A DNA stretch of 64,000 bases from Lama glama (taxonomy: Eukaryota): assembly GCA_028534125.1 (NCBI GenBank), contig CM052818.1, positions 22,446,001-22,510,000 on the forward strand. Reading direction: 5' to 3'. Shown here piece by piece: positions 49,161 to 61,715 of the stretch. The notes below the pieces were generated by a model. The model worked only from the letters and a program-made list of their open reading frames with translations. It had not been told where the DNA came from and searched no databases. The stretch's first letter is position 1; the number at the start of each line of letters is the position of its first letter. Both the position numbers and the translations under genes were made by a program.

Positions 49161-50489
49161 ACTAAGTGAAAACTTGGATACGCACACTTCCACTTCGTTC
49201 ATGAGCCAGGTTGAAATGCAGGTGTCTGAATTCAGCTCACCTGTGGGTTTGGTCTGTCTGGGTGGAAGCTATCGGATTAGCTTAATCTGGGCCCATTATG
49301 AAGGGATGCAGCAGAGGTGGGGTATGGAGACTTCGAGAGAGAATAGAGGGGGCGAGGACAGAAAGGAGTGGAAGAGGGAGGAAGGAAGGAGGGAGGGAGG
49401 AGAGGGGAGGGGGAGCACTCTTTGTGCCTCCCCTACTGAAGTTGTTCTTCCTATGTTTTATCTCATCTGCTCCTCACAATGCCCTTAGAAGTTGACAAAG
49501 TCGCCACTCCAAGAAGTTATCACCCCCTACCCCTGCCCCAAGCACACACACAGTCACTAAGGAATCAGGCTGGACTCCGCTTCTTTTTCCTCTTCTCTCT
49601 CCAGCTCTGAATATTTTCAGATGAAATAAGCCTCAGAGCTGTGAAGCCATTTTTTTGTTTTCTGGGCTCATTCGGCTTTGACGGGAAGCTTGGCTGAGTG
49701 CAGACGTCTGCGCCCTGGCTCTCAGCGGTGCTTTTTAGGCACGCCTTGTGCAGAATGTAAAGAGATGCCATTAAAAATATCAACGGGTCTCGGTGGCCCC
49801 CTCAATCCCCGAGCCCCACGCCCAGCAGGGACACGGTGGGACTTCCTGCCTGCCCTCTTCCGCCACCCACCCCCAGCCAGCACCACCCTGCACACATCTG
49901 GAAAGGGTGGGGAACCATAGGTCCTGGGTCGGAAAACCAAGGCTGAGGGAAACCCAAAAGTTGGCCTCTCGTTTCGGGAGGACTGTTTTCAGCATCAGGG
50001 AAAGTATAATCATATAGCCAGCTGTGAAGATTCTAGAATGACCCTCAGTCACAGGTGAGGGAATAGAGGCCCTTCTGGAAAACTTTTGAAGGTCCTCTCC
50101 CCAGACCTACCTCTGCAATTGGGAATGAAAGTCCCACCTCCTACTTTGTCACCTCCCACTCCACCCCCCAGTCTGTCTCCTCGACATCATCGTCCTTTGG
50201 ATACCTGCACCTCAGACTTTCCTCTCCTCTCCCTCCCCAACTGCCCTGTGAGGAAGGCAGGGCAAGACATGGTCCCATTTTACAGATGGCCAAAGAGATG
50301 ACGTGACCGCACGACTCATTACCAGGAGAGCTGCAGGTACCCATCTCCTGATCTCCCCCGTCTGCTGCCACGCCTCCCATGGGCGGGCTTTGGTGGCCTG
50401 CTGCCCCCACTCCCTCCCAAACACACCTCCTGTCTCCTCACCAAGGCCCAGGAGCACGGGTGATTTAGAATTTCCTGCCCTTCTGACAA

Positions 50490-50745
50490 TCTGTGTGCAC
50501 AAAACGGGCTTTATTTAAACCACTTTGGAGGGCATCTCCTCTACCCCTTCCTCTGGCTTCATTAAGCCGCTAATCTGAAGCGGGATAAATCATCGGTGTT
50601 TAACTACCTGATTACAAACGTGTTCCTGGTTCCTGTCTCTGCCCTGATGGGAAGCTCATTTCTCAAAGGGTTAATTAACAGCCTTCACACAGGCCGCATT
50701 TAGCAACGAGCACAAAGCCGCACACATAAATAACGTCTGGAGCGG
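50490..50745. promoter_or_regulatory. candidate conserved non-coding enhancer (homeodomain/FOX motif-rich)
   Basis: Non-repeat sequence with TTTATTTA, CATTAA, CTAATCT, GATAAATCA, TGTTTAAC, TGATTA, the palindrome GTTAATTAAC (50670-50679) and CATAAATAA, plus several retained CpGs. Confidence 0.4.
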
Positions 50746-51719
50746 AAGAAGAGGGTGCAGATGGTTTGTGACTTTGCCATCCAGAGTTTTTTAAACCGGT
50801 GTGAACCACGTCCTGTCGGGACCCAGGACCGTGAGTCAGGGTCAGGCTTCGAGGTGGGCCAGGCCAGAGACACTGGTGGCCAACTCTGCGCTCTGCTGAA
50901 AGAAAGTCTTAAAGCAAAACAGAGGGCTGAGCCAAGACGTGGGGGAGAGAGGGCAGGCCTGGGGTGGGGGAATGGGCCTGCCGACTGACCCGGATTGAGA
51001 GGAGCCAGGGAGAATCCGAACCACAGACCCAGCGCCCTGCACCGGGTGCTGATTTACCAAGGGGGCCTCCACCCAGAAAGTCAGACTCTGGGGTACAGAG
51101 TCCCACGCAGGCCCTGCAGTGCGTGATGCCAAGAGGGCCCAGGCTAAGAGGGATTGTATGGGGCTGGGAGAAGGCAGTGGAAAGGACAGCCCCGAGGAAG
51201 CCAGGAAAGTTCTGGAAGTGGTAAAAAGCACTCACAGCTTTCTGCCTCCTCCGTGGGTAAGCTCTGTTCCTGTGCAAAGCCTTCAACTCCCAAACGGAGG
51301 TTCGCAGGCCCACCGTCCCATGACCAAGGGGACACATCTGCGATTTTATAACTGATGGCAATGGCAACCTAGGGCTCACTTTACAGAAATCAGCCCTGTT
51401 GCAAAGGACCTGAAGCCAAAAAAAAAAAAAAGAGGAAAACAAAAGCCAAGAAACAAGGGAAACAATGTAAATACACACTGGACATCAATGAAAATGAGAA
51501 ACAGGAAAAGGCAGAGGGAAGAAAAGGCCAGAATGCAAGCTTTTGGCATTGTCTTTTCCCGTTTTCTTGTGTCTGGTTCCTTATGTTCCTCTTCAGCCCT
51601 TAAGCTCTCAGCTTGGAGAGGCCCCACCATCCTCACTCAAACCCTCTCCTGCTCCGTCCGCAGGAGGTAGGATCTGGGGAGAACAGGGGTCTCCCAGAGG
51701 ATTTCCGCCCTGGGGGTGA

Positions 51720-51738
51720 GAGCGCCCCCTGGTGGCAG
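51720..51738 (-). promoter_or_regulatory. CTCF binding motif (perfect core)
   Basis: GCGCCCCCTGGTGG at 51722-51735; minus strand TGCCACCAGGGGGCGCT equals the canonical CTCF core. Confidence 0.75.
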
Positions 51739-53491
51739 AGAGGGGTCCTGTCTCAGCAGCTATGTGAGCTGCCCCTCCTGACCCAGGGCTGAACCAGCCT
51801 GGCTCAGGCCAGGGGCAGGCTCCCGGTGCCAGGCTCAGCCCCGAGGTAGAGGGAGCAAAGAAAGAGACAGGGGCCAGACGACACTGGCCTAACAGCAGGG
51901 CTCTGTGTCCAGGAGTGGCAGTTTCTCCCTGAGTAATTTTCCACAGTTTGCCCTGCCCTCCGCACACAGTTGTGCTCACAGGGTTCACAGGGTGTCTGCC
52001 ATGCTCCAAGAGTTATTCTGGGCCAGTCACCTGCTCAGTGACCCTACCCGCTTTGATTTCTGCCCCCATCACTCATTCGAGGTTGCTTCTCAAAGTCCCC
52101 GTACCAGTCCCCGGGATACAGTTCCTCTGGACCTCGAGACCCCCATCCCACCCCCTCGATGCCTAGCTCTCGGGTAGTTCTGGGAAATCCCAAAGGCACC
52201 ATTGTTGCCGGGCTGGGGCCAACATTTCTGTTTTCTCAGAAGGATCAAAGCCCCATCCCAGCCCTGCCAGGAGGAAGCAGTTTTGACTCGTGCAAATATC
52301 TGCAGTCCATTTGGGATTTTACTTTGGTGAGAAATAAATACACAGCCATCTGCAGATGATGGAAATATGACTTAAGTAACTTTTTGGTTGAGGCTCTTGG
52401 GCCCAAGCCCAGATGGAAATAAGACCTTGTATCTCAGTCTCCCCTCACACTTTTGAAAAAAAAGGAAAAAGCAGAGGGAGAAAAAAAAAAGCTGGTGGAA
52501 ACTGAAGTTCAAAATGGAGTGTGCTCTATTTCTTGGCCTGGGAAAGGAAAAATAAACACCAAACAGCGACTCCATTCAAGTGTGTGTTATCTGGCTCATC
52601 CCCGCCAAGAACTCCCTCTCCAACCGGGAATTGCTGTGCCTACAGACGGCCCCCACGCCCACCCCTAACCCAAAGCAGGCAGACAATGGGCCAGAACACC
52701 CGGCCCAGCCAAGGCCTCTCTCTGCAGCCCCCAGAGGCCATAAGATTGGGAAACACAAGGCTATTTTTAATGTCCTATTTGTCTACCAACTGCGGCTCCA
52801 CGGGCCTGAGAAATGGTATCATTTGTGGGAGGTGGCATTGATTTCTTTTTTAACTTGCTCAGACAAAGCCACATTTTTTGTAACTTGCAGGAAAGCCAAA
52901 AAAGCAACACTTTCCAAGCGTGACCTCTTCCCTGGCTTGTCCTTCTGCCCTGTGGGAAGGGCTCTCTCAGGTGTGTCTGGGAAAGCAGCCCCCTGCTGCT
53001 ACGTGCTGGTCAGCAGCAGAACCAGGCCCCCAGGCCCCCAGGCCCCCAGGCCGAGGGGCCCAAGGAAATGAAATTAAAGGCCCAGACATCCCACATCCCA
53101 CAGGAGAGTCAGCAAATCAGGAGGGAGCAAGGGAGGGAGAGAGTTGTAGGATCAGAGAGGGGTAGGGCCCTCCACTGGTGAAGGAGGCCCAGCCCTGCCC
53201 CGGAAGGCCCCGTGTGATGGGGGGACAGGCAAACACCTGCCCTGGGGAGTCCCATATAGGAAAGAGTGAGAGGTCACACACAGAGAAGAAGGCTTCTCAA
53301 CAGCCAATCCAGCTCCCCAAACCCATGGGGGGAAGCTCTGTGCAGTAGATGTGTCCAGGGGCAAAGAGGGTGTCTCCAAGTGGGTCTACCAGCCTGAGGC
53401 AGAACTTGGACTCTGGCCCAAAAGAATCCAACAGGAATAACAGGAGCCTCTCTGTTCTTGGGGCTTCTAAAGGTTTTTGCTATGAGGGCAT

Positions 53492-53537
53492 GACCCCATC
53501 TGGGCTCCAGAGGCGACCCCATCTGGGCTCCAGAGGC
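53492..53537. repeat. 23-bp perfect tandem duplication GACCCCATCTGGGCTCCAGAGGC
   Basis: Copies at 53492-53514 and 53515-53537. Confidence 0.95.
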
Positions 53538-53949
53538 CTCCCCCTGCCCTCTGCCAGGACAAAGAGATAAAGATGGATGGATCTCTCTAGAGAGACAGAG
53601 ATCCGAGTGAGACAGAGAAATAGGAAACAGAAACATAAAGATGCAGAGGGATGGAAAGACAGAAAGTGAGGGAGAGTTGACCCCCACCTCCCAACCCCAG
53701 CTCACAACTCTCAGGACAGACTGCAGGGTGACCGCTCACAAGAACAAGAATAGAGGGACACACACAGTGGGCCGTTTTCTTTCTCCATCGGGTCCTCGGC
53801 ACGCGCCCTAGAGGCGGGGTGAGAACCTGGAGTCTCCAGAAGGCAGCTGGACACCAGCCTCCACGACCCACCGGGAAGCTGCTTTCCTGCTCCTTCCACA
53901 CCCCTGGGACCTCAGCTCAGTCCACACTTGCTCAGACCTTCCCCACACC

Positions 53950-54125
53950 CACTGCTGCGTGACCTGGAACAGGTCTCTTCATTTCTCAGTTTCTTCATCT
54001 GCAAAAAGGAGATATAATAGCACCTTCCTCCCTTGGGTGTTCCGAAGATTAATTGACCTAGTGTGCATGTGTGTAAAATGCTCATGCATGCCTGGCACAC
54101 AGTGAGGGCTTGACAAATGGCAGCT
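53950..54125 (+). mobile_element. MIR SINE
   Basis: CTCAGTTTCTTCATCTGCAAAAAGGAGATATAATAGCACCT...TGCCTGGCACACAGTGAG. Confidence 0.8.
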
Positions 54126-55249
54126 TTAACGCATGTGGTCAGTAAATGGTGGTTGTCACTGCCAGAACTCCCGGGAGAGAGGCGGAGCTGGGGATGGTGG
54201 GAAGAAGAGCAGACAGCAGGCAGGACGGGAAGTCAGAGGAAGCTGGTGAGAAGAGGCCAGAGGGAGGCCGCGCAGAGTTAAGGAAACTGTATGTCCCAAA
54301 GCTGGATGGGTCTTGAGATCACCCTGACCCACCTGTGGCACCCTTGGTGCTGACCCCAACACAGACATCACGAAGAGCCTGAACATGGGGAGAACAGAGC
54401 CCTTCTGCTAATGGCTACATATCCCTGGTTCACTTCCCTGGGACACAGGTCAGCCTCCCACCAAGCCCTAAGCCTCCCCACCCTGGGAATGCCTTTCCTG
54501 TGATGGGACGGTTTGGAAAGCCCAGAGCCCAGAGGAGCAGAACTGCAGCCAGATAGGCCAGCAGGCGACTCCAGGCCTACCCTAGTCCCCGCGCGTTTAC
54601 GGGAGGAGCAAGAAACCAAGCAGAATCTGTCCGTCATCCTGCCTGATCAGAGAAGCCAGCTCCTTGTGAGGAAGGGCTCTCAGCAGCCACGTCAGCTGCT
54701 CCGGCATCCCTGTAAGGGGTCTGATGCTCCTGCCCCAGGGGAGGGGACAGATCTCCCTCCCTCTTCACAGCCTTCAAGAAGCACCTCCCCACCACCCACC
54801 TATGCTGACCCACAGCCTGCTCTGTCTCCACAGCTGCCATTTTGGGACCCAGAGAGCAGCCCGGGTAGCAACGCCTCCCGTCTCAGAAGGCAAGTGGAGG
54901 AAGGGGAGTCGAGTCAGACTATACGGGCTGCTGGGAGGAAGTCCGGAGACCTGAGCTGTCATCCTGGCTCGATCCCTTTACAAGAGTCACTCACCCACTC
55001 AGACCTTCACTTCCCTCCTCCAGAAAATGGGAATAATAATTTTTACATCTTGGGGATTCGGTGAGACAATGGCATACATCTAACCACTTACATAACACTC
55101 TGACCCGTTCCTTTCGTGGGTGGTGAGACAGAGCAATTGGGTGTGTGTTCACTGGCAGCCTAAAGACTGGCTTTCAGCAGAGCTGGGTGTTTGCATTCAA
55201 ACCACTCCCTGGGAGGTGCACAAAATCAAGAGACTGGCCCTTCCAGAAC

Positions 55250-55460
55250 CTCGAGGCAGCACGGGCGTATGACAGAGCTGTTTCTGGAACCAGATGTCAT
55301 GTCCCCTGGATGAAGTTAACTCCCTATACCTCGGTTTTCTCATCTGTAAAGGGGGATGATAACAGCCCCCCAGGCATTTAGGTTGATGTGATGATGAAAT
55401 AAAGTCATCCACATCGATCCTTCAGCTCAGTGCCTGGCGGTAGCAAATGCTCAAGGCGGG
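55250..55460 (+). mobile_element. MIR SINE
   Basis: CCTCGGTTTTCTCATCTGTAAAGGGGGATGATAACAG...CAGTGCCTGGCGGTAGCAAATGCTCAA. Confidence 0.8.
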
Positions 55461-55489
55461 TGGTCATTGATGGTAAAGGAACAGAGACA

Positions 55490-55790
55490 CCCTCCAGGAA
55501 ATGATGGGGAGAGATGGCCAAGATGGATGTTGAGTGGAAAGCGTGGCATGTAGGATGCTACCCTCAGGGCAGAGAATACGGAAAGCAGACCACATGCTCT
55601 ATTTGCTTGGATTTACATGAGAATACTCTGAAAGGATACCTAAGAAACTAGTAAACAGGGTTACCTCGGGTTGGGAGGATGAGAGGGGATGGGGTAGGAG
55701 CAGGGCTTTTGCCCATTCACATCTTCATACAAGTCTGATCAACCATGTGAGTGACTTACCTATTACAAAATATTTTTAATTAACATAAAA
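55490..55790 (+). mobile_element. old L1 (L1ME-like) 3' end
   Basis: CTGAAAGGATACCTAAGAAACTAGTAAACAGGGTTACCTCGGG...AACCATGTGAGTGACTTACCTATT. Confidence 0.6.
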
Positions 55791-56399
55791 ACTAACTACT
55801 GATATTATTATTCTGTCTGAGCTTCAGTTTCTTCCCTAAATGAGGAAGGTGATCTATGCTTCACCTGCCTAACTAGGGTTTCATAGGGATTCAGAAAAAA
55901 AGTGAATACACAAGTGCTTTGAGAAACAGAAAGAGGCTGGGATGAGGAGGAGGAGGAGGACGAAGAGGAGGGAGGAGAGCAGGGATGGGAGGCACCCAGT
56001 GGGAGAATCACTGAGCCATTGTCCCAGGAGCTGTGCCTCAGTAAAGTTGACATGCCAGCTGGACCTGATTCACTCTGGCCTCAGCCTTTGGCCTCTTTCG
56101 TCAAACACCCATGGTCCAAAGGAGGCTCCTCAGCCTGCCAAGCATTTCAGGGGAGGTGGCTGCAGGTGGGTAGGGCAGGGGTAGGGCTCGTGGGCACCTG
56201 CATGTGACCTTTGACACCTGGCCAGAGCTATTGGGAGCAGGAAGGGACCCCAGAAATGGAGTTGTGAGATGGATGAGACATTGCAAAGGAAAAGGAGAGA
56301 TTCTGCCCAGCGACACCACAGGGTGGCTGGACCTCACCGAGGGTGCGGCTTAGTAACCTTGCCCTGGGCTCAGTGGAAGAAGATGGGCAGAGTTATATC

Positions 56400-56540
56400 A
56401 TTTATCACTGCCCCCACCCACAATTCTATGACATAGATTTGATTACCATCCAGATGAGGAAACTGAGGCTCAGAGAGTTTCAGATATGTCTATAGCCAAC
56501 CACCAAGTGGCTAGGGTCCAGAGCCAGGCACTGTGGCTCC
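56400..56540 (-). mobile_element. MIR SINE
   Basis: CAGATGAGGAAACTGAGGCTCAGAGAG. Confidence 0.75.
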
Positions 56541-56830
56541 CACCTCAGCGCCACCCCATCCTATCTCGTCACCCAGGACCAGGGCTGGCCACCTTCCAGT
56601 GGACCTCGTCTATAGCAGCAGGACAGAAATGACCACAGCTTAGCTCAGAAATTGCAGCAGCAGCATTGTCTGTGGCCTAGCAGTCCCTCCGCCAGGAGGT
56701 TTCCACACTCATTGGCCCCCCAGAGCCCGCGGGCAGAGCCTGGGAGGGGCAGGGCTTGGGAATCCCTCAAGACCCCATGCCCCTGAAACTTCAGGGGCAT
56801 GAGGCTGGAAGAATGAAAGTGCTTTTCATG

Positions 56831-56959
56831 GAATTCCAACAGGAAACCCACGAGAACATTCCTGCCCCAAGGATTCCAACAGGAAAACCACGAGAACATT
56901 CCTGCTCGCGGGATTCCAACAGGAAAACCAAAAGAACATTTCTGCTCGTGGGGTTCCAG
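56831..56959. repeat. 40-bp minisatellite, ~3.2 copies
   Basis: Units start at 56831, 56871 and 56911 (consensus GGATTCCAACAGGAAAACCACGAGAACATTCCTGCTCGYG). Confidence 0.95.
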
Positions 56960-57529
56960 CTGGGAGCCAGAGTCCATGTTCCCTGCTAAGGAGGCCGGCC
57001 AGTGGGTGGAGGGGTGGAGGAGAGGGCTTGCCCCGCCCTCATAAGCCCTCCCCAGCCCCTCAGAACCATTCAAAGATTCCTTTGGCCTCTCTGGGATGGG
57101 ATGGGCCATTCAGGAACTGGCCAGCCCAGCTCCCAGCCCTGCAGCCTTTGCTCCAGCTGGCTGTCCTGACACCAGCTTCCATGAAGAACGCACGGCCCCC
57201 TGCCCCTCCAAGGGTCTTCATCATCAGGGTAGGACTCGCGAGTATGTACAAAAACTATCTTAAACTTAATTACCTCTTGAGATGCCAAGTCACAGGTGCC
57301 TGAAGAATATAGGACACACCTGATTCTGCCCGCCCTCCTCCAACTATCTATCGTGCTCCAGCATCAGGACCTGCCTGAAGCTACATGTTGGGAGGGGCCC
57401 TGAGGAACAGGATGGGTTCTTGGCCTTAGGAAACTTCCACTCCAGTAGAGGAGCTGGGAGGCACTCCAACCAGAAGTGCTTTTAGAGTGCTGTGAGAGAA
57501 AAACCATTTACCCCAGGCGGCACCAAAGC

Positions 57530-57990
57530 AAACCCTGTTCATGGGGTACTGACCACGTGCCAGGCAATGTGCTAGGTTTCAGGACAGTGACAGTTCGTCT
57601 TCCCAGAAAACCACTCCCTAATGGGAGAGACCAGAAGATAAATGGTTATACCACAGTGGGAAGAGAGTTTCAATCAAGGTTCGTTTAGGATGCAAAGACG
57701 GGAGGAGATCGGGGAAGGCTTCCTGGAGGAAGTGACACTCCAGCATGCTGAGATGCTGGACTGGAAGTTTAGTGGGACTGCAGGAGTGGGATTTGGAGGT
57801 GGCAGTGTTTGACATAAACCTTTGTAGTGATGGTTAAGATTTGGGTCGTGGAATGGTGAGAAGACCTTAATAAAGGCAAGGAGGGGACATGGGAGAGTAA
57901 GTTTTAGACACAGGACAGTAGATGCATATAGATGGATCCAAAGGGGAGGGGTGCAGAGGACAGAGGTCCCAGAGAGCTGGAGGAGCTGTG
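57530..57990 (-). mobile_element. L2 LINE fragment
   Basis: GTGCCAGGCAATGTGCTAGG...ATCGGGGAAGGCTTCCTGGAGGAAGTGACA. Confidence 0.7.
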
Positions 57991-59389
57991 GGTCAAGTTG
58001 AGGTATATTCATTCACTCCGTGAGGGAGAGAAAATGAGCACATGAGGGCAGGGAAGACGGTTGCACTTAGAAAGATGGGAGGGATTCCAGGCTTTGAGGG
58101 GAGTCTCAGAGCTCCATGAGGGAAGAGTGTGACATACAGAAAATGAAAGAAATTCAGAGTGAGATGCCAGGGCCTTTTCATCTGCAGCCATGCAGATGCC
58201 CCACTCTCAAGTCCAGGGATGGAATGTTACCTCACACACGTGGCCCCAGGGCTGGTCCAGGCAGTCTGGCAGTGACAAGGTAGGAGGGAATGGTTCCCGC
58301 AACAAGTCATCCAGCCAGTTACCAAGAGGGGCCAGAGGCAGGAACTTAGGGTCAGGATTAAGGGAAAGCAGAGGTGGCAAACCAGAGGGCAGGGACACAC
58401 CCGAAAGCATCAAGCCGTAGGACCAAGAGCTGAAACCCCACACCCAGCATCAGGGTGGGAGGGGGACAGACCTGCCACCAGAACGACCGAGGGGCCTGTG
58501 GGCCTGAACTAAGCCGACGAACAGGAGACGGGGGCAGGGGGTCGTGGCTGGCAGTGTCTAAAGCAGTGTGTGCTGGAGCAGGCTCCATGGCCTCAAAGAC
58601 CCCTTGGTTAAATGCCCCCAGTTTTGCGGGAAGGTTGTTTAAATGTTGGCAAAATCATCCATGAAGCATTTATATCACAGAAATGAGCAAATACTACAAA
58701 TCTAGGCTACTGCTTTTCCCCTCCCAGAGAGATGGTGGAGACCAGCACCCATGAGACCACGGTTCTGGCCTTTCTCCGCCATGTGGCTTTGAGCTGTTGT
58801 GGCCTCACCTGTAAATGTCTGTTCTCACCCCTGCCAACATGAAGGACTGCTGGGGGCTGGGGGTGGTGGTGGTCATGCAAGTAACTGTAGCTGGATGTGC
58901 TCTGCAGGTCACAGCATTGCAGAGAGATAACTGCGAGTGGATTTCCTAGCATCTCCCTGGATGTCTGATCTAAATTTAGGTCCTTTTGGTCTACGTTGAA
59001 TCCCAGCCACTGCCTTTCCTTCCTTCCTGCAGGCTCTCTGGAGACAGCCGTAAGGAAGTCCCTGCTGGAAGGCGGCTGCCCTTTGTTGTTTCACCTGCAA
59101 GTTTACATGTGTGCTTTCTGGCCAAAGTCCCCCCAAACCTTCCCTGTGCCTCCTCCAACTACCCTTTCCCACATGCTCAGAAACTTGCAGGCTCCCTACT
59201 CCTCTCCTGGTGTTCCAGATGCCCCACCTCTGTCGCAGGTCATCCCCTTTCATATCCATAGCTACACCACCACTCTTTGCTCAGCCACTCCCTGAGAGAG
59301 CCCATCCTTCCACATCAGGACATCTCAGGCAAGTCTCTAACCTCTCCAGGTCTCATCTGTACTCTAAGGATGATGCCTATAAGAGCCCG

Positions 59390-59865
59390 TGCCTTTTTCT
59401 GCAAATAATAGAAACTCTGACTAACAGGGACTTCAACCATAAGGAGAGTTGCTTACTAAGAAGTCTGGAAGTGGCGGTTATCAAGCTGGCTTTACAGCTT
59501 CAGGATGCCAGGTCTTTGCATGAGGATCCAAATTCTCTCCCTCTCCCCTCTCTCTTATGGTTACAAAATGGTTGCCACAGCTCCAGACATCACATCTTAA
59601 GACTTCCTCCAAAGTCAGGATGTAGGGTGATGGTCAAAGTGGAAAGAGCCCTCTTCATGTGCTTTTCTATTTTATCAGGGATGAAAAATTTTTCTCAGAA
59701 GCTTTTCCATCTCCATGCCCCATAATTCCCAGCAATTTTTTCTTACATCTTATTAGCCAGAACTGGGTTATGTGATCATTTCATGCCACAAAAGAGGCAC
59801 TCTTCCAGCGTCTATGGTTCGAAGAGGCAAGCGGGAAGGGAGTTGAGAAGGGCCTTTGAGTGATG
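59390..59865 (-). mobile_element. old MaLR LTR (MLT1J/K-like)
   Basis: CAAAATGGTTGCCACAGCTCCAGACATCACATC...CTTACATCTTATTAGCCAGAACTGGGTTATGTG. Confidence 0.7.
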
Positions 59866-60284
59866 AATTAGCGTGGTGATTTAGAGGGTAGCTAAAGATC
59901 AGACACAATGGCCATGAATGTTCTCCCTGTTGTTATGAGGGCTCACCACCTCCCAGACCCCTGCTCTGTCCCCGACTGGTCACCCTGGAGCTGTAGGGGC
60001 ACCCTCTTCTCCTCTTGCCTAGGGGCTACTCACCTTTCTCTGAAACAATAGTGAGTGAATAGGCTCAACTCCAACTAAGCAGTCACAGGGTCAATTATAT
60101 CGATGCTTCCAGGAGAAGGAGGGAGGTCTGAGTCTTGTCACAATCAGCAGGTCTGTATTAGCCTCTCTGTGTGCCCAGCCCCGGGGGAAGCAAGAGCCTG
60201 TCCCTTGTGAGCTAATCATCTGGGTAACCCTGGCTGCAAATGAGAATCACCAGGAAAAGCTTTTCAAAATATTCCTGCTCAAAA

Positions 60285-60695
60285 AAAGCCCCTCAAAATC
60301 CCAGTCTAATCATGAGAGAAACTAGCAAATTCCAGTAGAGAGACATCCAATGATATAGCCAACCAGCCTTCCTCAAAACTGTCTAAGTTCTCAAAAGCAA
60401 GGTAAGTCAGAGAAAATGCCATGGACCCAGGGGGACGTGAGGATCAAACGTAATATGATATCCTGGATGGGATCCCGGGATGAAAAGGGAACATTAGATA
60501 AAAACAAAGGGACCCTGAATATAGCATGGACTTTAGTCAGTAACGGTCTATCAATATTGGTTCATTTATTGTAACGATGCACGATGCTGGTACTAGAGAA
60601 ACTGTGCAAGGGACAAGGGGCTATACAGGAACTCTTTGTACTGTACGCTTGATTTTAATGTAAATCTAAGACAGTTCTAAAGAATAAAGTGTAAT
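60285..60695 (+). mobile_element. L1MC-type 3' end inserted into a MER5 element (MER5 halves at ~60225-60280 and ~60700-60750)
   Basis: CCCAGTCTAATCATGAGA...CCTCAAAACTGTC...ATCCTGGATGGGATCC...TAAATCTAAGACAGTTCTAAAGAATAAAGT; MER5 motifs GAGAATCACCAGG and CTCCAGACCAGTGACATCA flank it. Confidence 0.8.
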
Positions 60696-61329
60696 GTATA
60701 TATTCAGGCCTGCACTCCAGACCAGTGACATCAAACCACTGATGGGGAAACTCGGGCTTTCCTGTTCGGGTTTCGGCCCCATCTCTTCAGCGTCTCAGAG
60801 ACTCCTGGATCCTCCGTCACTCCAATGGCTGTCTGACCTTGCACTCCTCCCCAGTGGACGGCAGAGCGACGGCCTGCATGGTCTCCATGGCACGACTCTA
60901 GGAGTACCCCTGGGCTTCCAACCAGATCCTCTCCCAAAGAGCCTCCAGCAGGAATCAGGGGACCACAGTGAGGGGCAGAGACTGGCTGGGGGAGAGCGGG
61001 AGGGAGGAGCCGCTCACATCCGTGTTAGGTGTGCTGGCTGCTTCTGAAGGCAAATCCCTTGTTTTTTGCCAAACTTCATTCGATGAGAATGAGGAGAAAT
61101 ATGCTACACAGGAAGTCTACGAAAGCTGACAAAGAGAGCTGCGTCCCTTGGAGGTCAAAACTCGCAGAAGTTACACGGAACACTAGAGTTAGGAGAACTG
61201 CAACTTTTGGGAAAGATACATCCCAAAGAATGGTGGCAATGTGGTGAAGTGGTTATGAACACAGGCTTTGAGACCAGACCCACTTTGGTTCAAATTGTAG
61301 CTCTGCTGCTTATTTGCTGAGTGATGTTT

Positions 61330-61715
61330 ACATCAATCAGGATAGGCTAAGTTATGCTGCAGGAACAAATAATCCCCCAAATCCCAGTGGCTTAAAACAA
61401 CAAAGGACTACTCATTGACCCAAAGCCTTGTTACACGTCTGGGCGGCTCTCTGCCACTGCCCTGTGTGTGAAGACTCTGTGGTGCACCTCCAGATCGACA
61501 CAGCCTTCCTCTAACACTGTGGAGAGGGGAGAGAACTTGAGGTCAAGCACCAGCAATTCAGTGCTTCCACTGGGGAGTGCCCCATCTCATGTCTATTCAT
61601 ATGAAAGTCACATGACCTCATCTAACTTCAAGAGGGCTGGGAAGTACCATCCTCCCATGTTCCCAGAAAGAGCAGGGAACTAGGTGTTGGTGAGCAATAA
61701 TAATATCCTCTGCAA
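61330..61715 (-). mobile_element. MaLR LTR (MLT1I/J-like) nested in a MIR (61245-61325 and 61716-61810)
   Basis: ATCAGGATAGGCTAAGTTATGCTGCAGGAACAAATAATCCCCAAATCCCAGTGGCTTAAAACAACAAAGG; MIR halves on both sides. Confidence 0.8.

Noticed and set aside
56831..56959. CRISPR-like array
   Set aside because: Contiguous 40-bp tandem units without unique spacers, mammalian context and no cas genes.
59111..59725. 204-aa ORF
   Set aside because: Its second half lies in an MLT1 LTR, and it has no domain or splice evidence.
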